From a bacterium (GTDB taxonomy: Bacteria > RBG-13-61-14 > DATKZS01): a stretch of 24,754 bases of DNA. Location: NCBI GenBank assembly GCA_046484135.1, contig JAWOBU010000151.1, positions 1 through 24,754 on the forward strand, written 5' to 3'. This document shows positions 8,231 to 15,799 of this stretch, piece by piece. Under the pieces are notes generated by a model. The model had not been told where the DNA came from and made no database searches. It saw only the letters and a program-made list of their open reading frames with translations. How positions within the stretch are numbered: the first letter of the stretch is position 1; every line of letters begins with the position of its first letter. Made by a program: the position numbers and the translations under genes.

Positions 8231-8264
8231 TGAGGCGTACTCGAGCTATAAAGAAAGGCGGAGC

Positions 8265-8804
8265 ATGGTGATGGATGAGAACGGCGAGCTTTATGAAGGC
8301 AGGACCCACTCTTTCGAGCTTCGTGCTTTTTGGTACGAGCTGCCTTACTTTGTGGCCGCGCTGGCGGCCGGAGGGGCCGTGGGAGCGGCTTACGCCCTGG
8401 TGGTGATCTACTTCCGGGACCGTTTCGAACCAATAGTGGCTTTGTACGTTCTCATGGGTCTGCTCCTCTGCGGCCTGCTTTTTGTCTTCTGGAGCGCTTC
8501 TTACTACCCCGTCCGGGTCAAAGTGTTTCCGGACCGGTTATGGTTTAAAATGATGTTCGGAAAAAGAGTGCTTTACCGCGACGAGGTTTTAAATATTAAA
8601 TCCCTGTCAGAAGAGGACGCCTGCCGGACGCTCATGAGCACCCGCTACCGGAGCCTGAGCCCGGCTGTTTACGGGGCAGTGCTTCTGGAGAGGAAAAAGG
8701 GAAGACCCTGGGTTATAAACCTGTCAGACCGGGAATCGTTTTTGAAGGCGGCAGACAAGTTTGAAAAAGACGTTGCCGAAGAAGTTTCCAAAGGAAGTGC
8801 TTGA
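8265..8804 (+). CDS. Hypothetical membrane protein (two TM helices plus a possible PH-like soluble domain)
   Basis: Fills the gap between cobO and the mutase; purine-rich SD; two hydrophobic segments; stop abuts the next ATG; alternative start 8271. Confidence 0.7.
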   Translation: MVMDENGELYEGRTHSFELRAFWYELPYFVAALAAGGAVGAAYALVVIYFRDRFEPIVALYVLMGLLLCGLLFVFWSASYYPVRVKVFPDRLWFKMMFGKRVLYRDEVLNIKSLSEEDACRTLMSTRYRSLSPAVYGAVLLERKKGRPWVINLSDRESFLKAADKFEKDVAEEVSKGSA

Positions 8805-10469
8805 ATGAAGAAGGACCGGGAGGAGATACGCAAGGAGTGGGAAGAAAAGGTCCTGAAGCCGTACCTTGAGAATTCGCCGGAGCGTCGGGAGAAGTTCGAG
8901 ACGGTCTCGGGCAAGGAAATACCGCGGCTGTGCGCTCCGGAGGACGTAGGGGATTTCGATTACGGCACCGAACTCGGGTATCCGGGCTCCTACCCTTTCA
9001 CCCGCGGAGTGTATCCTTCCATGTACCGGGGCCGTTTCTGGACCATGCGCCAGTTTGCGGGCTTCGGCACTGCCCGGGAATCCAATGAAAGGTTCCATTA
9101 TCTATTAAAGGAGGGTGTGACCGGACTGTCGGTGGCCTTCCACCTTCCCACCATCATGGGCCGGGACTCGGACAGCCCCCGTTCACTGGGCGAGGTCGGC
9201 AAAGTGGGAGTGGCGATAGACACCCTGGCTGACATGGAAACCCTGTTCGAGGGAATTCCACTGGACCGGGTTACCACCTCCATGACCATTAACGCGCCCG
9301 CGTCCATATTGCTGGCCATGTACCTGGCAGTGGGAGAGAAGCAGGGGGTGCCCTTTGACAAGCTGGGAGGAACCATCCAGAACGACATCCTGAAGGAGTA
9401 CATCGCCCAGAAGTCATGGATCTACCCGCCCCGGCCGTCTCTACGCATCATCACCGATATCCTGGACTACTGCGCCGAGCACGTCCCCAAGTGGAACACC
9501 ATCTCCATCTCCGGCTATCACATCCGGGAAGCCGGCTCCACAGCCGCACAGGAGCTAGCCTTTACCATTGCGGACGGGATCGGATACGTTCAGGCAGGCA
9601 TAGAAGCGGGCCTGGACGTGGACAGGTTCGCGCCCCGGCTGTCCTTCTTCTTTAACGCCCATAACGACTTCTTTGAAGAGGTCGCCAAGTACCGGGCCGC
9701 CCGCCGGATGTGGGCCCGGATCATGCGGGAGAGGTTCAAGGCGGAAAATCCCCGGTCCTGGAAACTCCGGTTCCATACCCAGACCGCGGGATGTTCCCTG
9801 ACCGCCCAGCAGGCCCAGAACAACATCGTCCGGACCACCATCCAGGCCCTGGCCGCGGTCATGGGCGGCACCCAGAGCCTGCACACCAACTCCATGGACG
9901 AGACCCTGTCGCTTCCCACCCAGGAGGCGGTCACCATAGCCCTCCGCACCCAGCAGATCATCGCCCACGAGTCCGGCGTGGCCTGTAATATAGACCCACT
10001 GGCCGGGTCCTACTACGTGGAGAAGTTCACCAACGATATGGAAGAGGAGGCCATGGACTACATAAACCGGATCGAGGACATGGGAGGAATAGTGCCGGCG
10101 ATTGAAAAAGGGTTCCCCCAAAGGGAGATCACCGAGGCCTCCTACCGGTATCAACTGGCCCTGGAAAGCCAGGACCAGATCATAGTGGGTATGAACATGC
10201 ACGCTACCGAGGATTATCCTCCCATTCCTACACTCAAAATCGGCCCGGAAGTGGAAGAGGAGCAGGTGGCAAGCCTGAAAAAGATACGGCAGGACCGGGA
10301 CCATAAAAGGTGGCAGGCCGCACTGGAGAAGCTGGAGAACGTATCCCGGGAGGGCGGCAACGTAATGCCTTACGTACTGGAGGCGGTGCGGTCGTACGCC
10401 TCGGTGGGAGAGATTTGCGACGTGTGGAGAAAGGTGTTCGGAGAGTACCGGCCGCCGGCGCAGTTCTAA
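8805..10469 (+). CDS. AdoCbl-dependent acyl-CoA mutase, large (substrate-binding) subunit; methylmalonyl-CoA mutase family, isobutyryl-CoA mutase-like residues
   Basis: [64 protein letters not shown]; no C-terminal DxHxxG B12 domain. Confidence 0.95.
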   Translation: MKKDREEIRKEWEEKVLKPYLENSPERREKFETVSGKEIPRLCAPEDVGDFDYGTELGYPGSYPFTRGVYPSMYRGRFWTMRQFAGFGTARESNERFHYLLKEGVTGLSVAFHLPTIMGRDSDSPRSLGEVGKVGVAIDTLADMETLFEGIPLDRVTTSMTINAPASILLAMYLAVGEKQGVPFDKLGGTIQNDILKEYIAQKSWIYPPRPSLRIITDILDYCAEHVPKWNTISISGYHIREAGSTAAQELAFTIADGIGYVQAGIEAGLDVDRFAPRLSFFFNAHNDFFEEVAKYRAARRMWARIMRERFKAENPRSWKLRFHTQTAGCSLTAQQAQNNIVRTTIQALAAVMGGTQSLHTNSMDETLSLPTQEAVTIALRTQQIIAHESGVACNIDPLAGSYYVEKFTNDMEEEAMDYINRIEDMGGIVPAIEKGFPQREITEASYRYQLALESQDQIIVGMNMHATEDYPPIPTLKIGPEVEEEQVASLKKIRQDRDHKRWQAALEKLENVSREGGNVMPYVLEAVRSYASVGEICDVWRKVFGEYRPPAQF

Positions 10470-10530
10470 ATGATGAACAGAGCGCCTGCTGCAAAGTCCG
10501 GATATCGAAACATGAGCGAAAGCTTTAGAT

Positions 10531-10583
10531 GGTGGGAGCGAGCTCCCGCTCGCGATAATCGAGACCGGGAGGTCTCTCCCATT
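10531..10583. repeat. Inverted REP doublet (REPIN-like), family B
   Basis: GTGGGAGCGAGCTCCCGCTCGCGAT-A-ATCGAGACCGGGAGGTCTCTCCCAT; each arm has its own 6-bp hairpin. Confidence 0.8.
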
Positions 10584-10624
10584 ATTCCTCCAGGTTTTTT
10601 ACAAGAGGCTAAAGAATTGATCAC

Positions 10625-11380
10625 ATGCTGGTAATACCCGCCATAGACTTAAAGGACGGCAAGGTGGTCCGGCTCGAGCAGGGCAGGATGGACCGGGACA
10701 AGACCTACTCTTCTGATCCGGGCGAGGTTGCACGCCGGTGGCAGTCCGCCGGGGCCCGGCTGATCCACGTGGTGGATTTGAACGGCGCTTTTGCGGGCCG
10801 CCGGGTAAACCACGACGCAGTGCTTTCCATCGTGGAAGCTGTGGACATACCTATCGAGCTGGGGGGCGGCATCCGCGACCTGGACACCATTTCCTATTAT
10901 CTTGACGCCGGGGTGGGCCGGGTGATCCTGGGAACAGTGGCGCACCAGGAGCCGGAGCTGGTTCGGGAGGCCTGCGGGGCCTACCCCGGCCGGGTGGTGG
11001 TCGGCATTGACGCCCGCGAGGGGATGGTATCCGTGCAAGGCTGGTCGGAAGACACTGACATAAGCGCAAAAGACCTGGCCCGCCGCTACGACGACATGGA
11101 CATTGCCGCGGTGATCTACACGGACATAGTAAAGGACGGCATGCTCACCGGTCCCTCCATACCCATGACAGTCGAGCTGGCCAGGAACATTCGACACCCG
11201 GTAATAGCATCCGGAGGGGTGGCGTCCCTCGAGCATATCGCCGCCTTGAAGGAGCACGAGCACGAAGGCATCGCCGGCGTCATAACCGGCCGGGCCGTTT
11301 ACGAAGGGACCCTGGACTTGAGGGAGGCCCTGAAGATTGCGGAGAACGAGGGCCGGAGCACGAAAGGTGAAAGCAAATGA
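10625..11380 (+). CDS. hisA: ProFAR isomerase (histidine biosynthesis)
   Basis: IPAIDLKDGKVVRL, HVVDLNGA, LGGGIR, VGIDAR, YTDIVKDGMLTGP, VIASGGV, ITGRAVY. Confidence 0.97.
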   Translation: MLVIPAIDLKDGKVVRLEQGRMDRDKTYSSDPGEVARRWQSAGARLIHVVDLNGAFAGRRVNHDAVLSIVEAVDIPIELGGGIRDLDTISYYLDAGVGRVILGTVAHQEPELVREACGAYPGRVVVGIDAREGMVSVQGWSEDTDISAKDLARRYDDMDIAAVIYTDIVKDGMLTGPSIPMTVELARNIRHPVIASGGVASLEHIAALKEHEHEGIAGVITGRAVYEGTLDLREALKIAENEGRSTKGESK

Positions 11381-12402
11381 TCGGGGACAAGTTCAAACCG
11401 GTTTCCGCGGGAGGACTGCTCATATCTTTTCTTTTTATGGGAGCGGCCTTGCTCGCCTGGTCGTGCGGCGTGAAAGGACCGCCGCTTCCGCCGGAGCTGC
11501 CGGCGCCCGCTCCTCCCGAGGACATCAAGGTCCGGGTGCGGGAAGGGTACATCGAGCTTGTATGGAAGGCGGAGAAGGCTTCCGGGCCGGAAGAGGTTCC
11601 CGCGGCTCAATGGGAGGTCTTGCGGGCGGATGTGCCTACGGCAGGTGAAGGTCCGGCTTATGAAATCCTGGACAGGCTTTACCAAGCCGCCTATGTTGAC
11701 CGGGGGGTCGAGCTTAACCGGAAGGTGTACTACTCGATCCGGGGAATCTCGGAAAACGGCAGGCGAGGCCCGAAGAGCAAACCGATCAAGGTCCTGAACC
11801 TGGCGCCTCCGCCGGCGGCCATGTACCCGCGGGCCAAGGCCGGTAACCACTTCGTGGAGCTCTCCTGGACACCTCCCCGCGGCCTTCCGCCGGGAGCAGG
11901 GTTCAATATCTATCGCGCCCGGAACCCGGCATTGTTCCCTTGGCGGCCGGTCAACGCGGAGCCGGTAACAGGAGGCCGTTTCGTGGACGGTCCGCTCAAG
12001 AACAATCAACGTTACTTCTACGAGGTCCGGACGGTGGCGCCCGCACAGGGGTATCCACCGGTGGAAGGCCCTACCCCTTCCATTGTCAGCGCCGTGCCCA
12101 GAGACCGGCACCCCCCGGACCCGCCGCGCGGGTTTACCGCGGTGTGGACTGAGCAAGGCGTCCGCATGCGCTGGATGGGCAACCAGGAGCCGGACATTGC
12201 CGGGTACGTGGTGGTCCGAAGAAGGAGCGGCATGGGCGAGTTCGAGGAGCTTAATATAGACCCCCTGAAAAAGACCGAGTACCTGGACAAGACCGCCCGA
12301 CGGGGAGTCGAGTACGATTACGCGGTCTACGCAGTGGACAACACCGAGCCTCCCAATAAAAGCGAGTACTCGGACATCCAGTCCGTGTACGCCGAGCCTT
12401 AA
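11377..12402 (+). CDS. Lipoprotein with tandem fibronectin type III-like domains
   Basis: Lipobox AWSC followed by GVKGPPLPP; three repeats with LxW...Y/FxD...YxYxV pattern; ATGA overlap with hisA. Confidence 0.85.
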   Translation: MIGDKFKPVSAGGLLISFLFMGAALLAWSCGVKGPPLPPELPAPAPPEDIKVRVREGYIELVWKAEKASGPEEVPAAQWEVLRADVPTAGEGPAYEILDRLYQAAYVDRGVELNRKVYYSIRGISENGRRGPKSKPIKVLNLAPPPAAMYPRAKAGNHFVELSWTPPRGLPPGAGFNIYRARNPALFPWRPVNAEPVTGGRFVDGPLKNNQRYFYEVRTVAPAQGYPPVEGPTPSIVSAVPRDRHPPDPPRGFTAVWTEQGVRMRWMGNQEPDIAGYVVVRRRSGMGEFEELNIDPLKKTEYLDKTARRGVEYDYAVYAVDNTEPPNKSEYSDIQSVYAEP

Positions 12403-12417
12403 AGACCCGCATTTCTT

Positions 12418-12948
12418 TTATATATGATTCTGAAGACGGTAAAACCGTTTCTCTTCCCGGCAGGTTTTTTTTATGTGGGAAAGGTGGGTGGACTCCCCCG
12501 GCCGGAGCGTCTGGAAGAGCTCTTTTATCATCTTTTTGTCCGGATTCTTCTTGTCGAGCTCGTGCTCGATCGCCTTTATGGTCCGGATGTTTCCTCTGAC
12601 CAGCTCGTCAATCCGGGAACGGTCCTCAGGATATATCTTCTCGAACTCCAAGGCGAACCCCTGGCAGGCTTTTTCTCCCCGCACCTTGATGCCCCGCCGC
12701 GTTATCCAGACCACTTTACATTCGCAGGTTACCGGCGCATCCTCCGGCTTTAACCGGAAGCTCAAGTGTACCTTTTCCTCCAGCGGTATCTTCACGTCCG
12801 TGGCCAGAAAACAACCGCCTATGCTCAGTACCTTTATCCTGGCGGAGTGATAGATAGTGCCCCAGTGGAACTCGGCCGGGATATCGCAAGAGGTCCGCTG
12901 GTAGCGGCGCAGCTTTCCGGATGCGGTACCTTTTTTTTGCGCGTTCAT
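12418..12948 (-). CDS. PilZ domain protein with C-terminal helical extension
   Basis: RRYQR (RxxxR), LSIGGCFL, CKVVW, GFALEF; SD GGAG. Confidence 0.85.
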   Translation of the reverse strand: MNAQKKGTASGKLRRYQRTSCDIPAEFHWGTIYHSARIKVLSIGGCFLATDVKIPLEEKVHLSFRLKPEDAPVTCECKVVWITRRGIKVRGEKACQGFALEFEKIYPEDRSRIDELVRGNIRTIKAIEHELDKKNPDKKMIKELFQTLRPGESTHLSHIKKTCREEKRFYRLQNHI

Positions 12949-13021
12949 TGTCAGACTCCGAGCACCTTTTCCCGGGAGCTTTGGAAGGCCCCCTCCATAA
13001 ACTTACTTGTTCATATCATCT

Positions 13022-13051
13022 ACTATAAGAGGAATGCTCCTGGTAAATCAA
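13022..13051 (-). promoter_or_regulatory. Possible sigma70 promoter of the PilZ gene
   Basis: Minus strand TTGATT, 18 bp, TATAGT. Confidence 0.35.
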
Positions 13052-13130
13052 GCGGACAAGCTGTCAGGCAACCGTCTGTCTCTCTTGATGGTGAAAAGTA
13101 CAGCCGACAACTCGAAGATGGCCGGTAATG

Positions 13131-13158
13131 TTGACATGGCGCGTATCTCTACCATAAT
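13131..13158 (+). promoter_or_regulatory. Putative sigma70 promoter of the cNMP/Hsp70 genes
   Basis: TTGACA (13131-13136), 16 bp, CATAAT (13153-13158); SD GGAGG downstream. Confidence 0.55.
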
Positions 13159-13186
13159 AATAAAATAAAAACGGAGGCTGCCGGCC

Positions 13187-13684
13187 ATGGATAGCCCGGA
13201 GCATTTGAAAAAGATACCCCTGTTTCAGCTCTGCTCCTACGCGGAGCTCACCCGGATATGGAACTACATGCAGAAAGTGAACTTTAACGCGGGGGACACG
13301 GTCTTCCGGCAGGGGGATAACGGGGACGCCCTTTACGTGATCCGGGAGGGAGAAATGGAAATCCTGGCCGCGTCTCCGGACAAGGACAGGATCGAGAACG
13401 TGGTGGCCTCTCTGGGACCGGGCGAGCTTTTCGGGGAGATGGCCCTGGTCGAGAACGAGCCGCGCTCGGCGAGTGTCCGGGCCAGGACCGATGCCAAGCT
13501 GTTCCGGCTCCAGAAGGACTACTTTGAGAAGCTCATGAAGCAGGACCACGAGCTGGCTTACAAAATCTACCAGCCGCTGACCGCCATCCTGTCCCAGCGC
13601 CTCCGCGAGACCACGGAAAGGCTGGCCCTGGCCAATAAGATCATCCAAATGGTGAGCAGCAAAGAGAAAGCAAAACAGGAGTAA
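13187..13684 (+). CDS. Stand-alone cyclic nucleotide-binding domain protein
   Basis: IPLF, VFRQGDNGDALYVI, phosphate-binding cassette FGEMAL...PRSASVRA, C-helix LSQRLR; no HTH. Confidence 0.92.
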   Translation: MDSPEHLKKIPLFQLCSYAELTRIWNYMQKVNFNAGDTVFRQGDNGDALYVIREGEMEILAASPDKDRIENVVASLGPGELFGEMALVENEPRSASVRARTDAKLFRLQKDYFEKLMKQDHELAYKIYQPLTAILSQRLRETTERLALANKIIQMVSSKEKAKQE

Positions 13685-13688
13685 AACA

Positions 13689-14924
13689 ATGTCCAGGATT
13701 TACGGGATAGATTTCGGAACCACCAACTCCTGCGTCGCTTATATAGACAATGGAAAGCCCAAGGTGGTTCTCGATAAAGAGCGCTACAAGCTGGTGCCGA
13801 GCGTGGTCTACTTCTACGAAAAAGGCGGGAGCGTCCGGGTAATGGTGGGAAGGGGCGCCAGGTCCAAGTACGTGGAGAACCCCTTTTGTACTATCCACTC
13901 CATCAAGCGCTTTATCGGTAAGAGCTACGAGTCGGACGAGGTCAAGACCGCCCAGGAGCGCTACTACTACATCATAGACCGGGACCCGAACGCCAAGAGC
14001 CACGAGATGGACATCCAGGTCAGGATTAACGAGCTCGACCTGGCCGCCTCCCCTACCGATATAGCGGCCTATATCTTCCGCTACTTAAAGCAGATGAGCG
14101 AGACCTTTTTAAAGGACGAGATGGAAGACATGGTGGTCACCATGCCCAACGCCCAGAAGACCCGCTACTCGAACGCCATGAAGCAGATGGCGGAGAAAGT
14201 AGGGGTTAACATAGTTGGTATGCTGGACGAGACCATGGCCACGGCCTACGCTTTCGGCTACCACAACAAGGGAGAGCATACCATTGCGGTGTACGACATC
14301 GGGGGCGGGACCTTTGATTTCTCCATCCTGCGGCGGGTCCCCGGCGGATACGAAGAGCTGGCCAACCTGGGCGACTCCTGGCTGGGAGGAGACGACTTTG
14401 ACCACGCCATCATGGAGTACCTGCTCTACGAGTTCATGACATCCACCAAGAACAAGACCTTTGCCGACGGAATAACCTACCGGGACGGCATCCAGATAAC
14501 CGAAAAAGACGTGCTCCGGAAGATTAAGACGGAAGCGGAGAAAACCAAGGTGGCCCTGTCCGAGACCCAACAGACCTTGATCCACGTGTCCAACGTCATT
14601 CCCGAGATAGACCCCTCCGTGAACATGAACATAAAGATTTCCCGGGACCTCTTGGAGTACCTGGTGTCCGGGCTCATCGAAAAGACCATAACCATAGCAC
14701 TCGATGCAGTGGACAATGCCCGCACCCTGGAGCCGAACCTCAAGCTGGACGCCCTGCTCCTGGTGGGAGGCCAGTCCCGTATGCCCAGGATAAAAAATCG
14801 GCTGCGGGAAGTGTTCGGAGACATCATTTACGACCAGATTCTGCCGGAAGAAGGCGTGGCCATCGGCGCAGCCATTTACGGACAGCTTCAACAAGCCGCC
14901 AGGCAAAAAGGCGCCACCGGATAA
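13689..14924 (+). CDS. Hsp70-family protein, nucleotide-binding domain only
   Basis: GIDFGTTNSC, VPSVV, SIKRFIG, YDIGGGTFD, LGGDDFD, AEKTKVALS, LLVGGQSRMP, VAIGAAI; ends about 14 aa later. Confidence 0.92.
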   Translation: MSRIYGIDFGTTNSCVAYIDNGKPKVVLDKERYKLVPSVVYFYEKGGSVRVMVGRGARSKYVENPFCTIHSIKRFIGKSYESDEVKTAQERYYYIIDRDPNAKSHEMDIQVRINELDLAASPTDIAAYIFRYLKQMSETFLKDEMEDMVVTMPNAQKTRYSNAMKQMAEKVGVNIVGMLDETMATAYAFGYHNKGEHTIAVYDIGGGTFDFSILRRVPGGYEELANLGDSWLGGDDFDHAIMEYLLYEFMTSTKNKTFADGITYRDGIQITEKDVLRKIKTEAEKTKVALSETQQTLIHVSNVIPEIDPSVNMNIKISRDLLEYLVSGLIEKTITIALDAVDNARTLEPNLKLDALLLVGGQSRMPRIKNRLREVFGDIIYDQILPEEGVAIGAAIYGQLQQAARQKGATG

Positions 14925-14994
14925 ATCTTGCCGGGCTTGCACCGTCCCCCCTCACGTTCCATCTTACGATCAAGACCTTGAAAAGGAGAGCGGC

Positions 14995-15783
14995 ATGAGG
15001 CTTTGGAAGATCGCTAGCTTTAACATAAACTCCATCCGGGCGCGCCTGCCGGCTCTTGTTGATTGGCTCCATGTCAACCGCCCCGACGTTCTCTGCATCC
15101 AGGAGACCAAGGTATCGGACAAGGAGTTTCCCGCCGAGAAGATCAGGGAGGCCGGCTACCAGGTAGTACACCGGGGCGAGCCTTCTTATAACGGAGTCGC
15201 CATTATAAGCATAACTCCTCCGGACGAAGTCAAGTACGGCCTGGGCGGCAAGGAACCGGACGAAAGCCGGCTGATCTACGCCAGCATTGACGGCGTACCG
15301 ATCGTAAACACCTATGTGCCCCAAGGCAGGCACCCCGACTCCCCGCATTTCCAGTACAAGCTCAAATGGTTCGACCGACTCCTGTCCTACTTTAAAAAGA
15401 ACCACTCGCCGGATATGCCCCTGATCTGGACCGGTGACCTGAACATCGCCCCCGAGGACATTGACGTGCATAACCCCAAACGGCTGCGCGGGCACGTGGA
15501 CTTCCATCCCGAGGTACAGGCCAGGTTCGAAAAGATCATGAACTGGGGCTTCGTGGACGTCTTCCGAAAGCACGTCCCGAATCCGGGCCAGTACACCTTT
15601 TTCGATTACCGGGTAAAAGGAGCACTCGACAAGGGGCTGGGCTGGAGAGTGGACCATATCCTGGCGACCTCCGCCCTGGCCCACTGCTCCGCCAAAGCGT
15701 GGATTGACCTGAAACCCAGGAAAGGCAACAAACCCTCTGACCACGCTCCCATCGTGGCCGAGTTCGACCTGGACCGGTTATGA
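14995..15783 (+). CDS. xth: Exodeoxyribonuclease III / AP endonuclease
   Basis: SFNINSIRAR, IQETK, YNGVA, YVPQG, GDLNIAP, GWRVDHIL, SDHAPI; SD AAGGAG. Confidence 0.95.
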   Translation: MRLWKIASFNINSIRARLPALVDWLHVNRPDVLCIQETKVSDKEFPAEKIREAGYQVVHRGEPSYNGVAIISITPPDEVKYGLGGKEPDESRLIYASIDGVPIVNTYVPQGRHPDSPHFQYKLKWFDRLLSYFKKNHSPDMPLIWTGDLNIAPEDIDVHNPKRLRGHVDFHPEVQARFEKIMNWGFVDVFRKHVPNPGQYTFFDYRVKGALDKGLGWRVDHILATSALAHCSAKAWIDLKPRKGNKPSDHAPIVAEFDLDRL

Positions 15784-15799
15784 AGTCGGGAAGTTGTTA

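Noticed and set aside
13689..14924. Calling the Hsp70 gene dnaK or hscA
   Set aside because: No substrate-binding domain, diverged allosteric motifs and no dnaJ/grpE/isc neighbours
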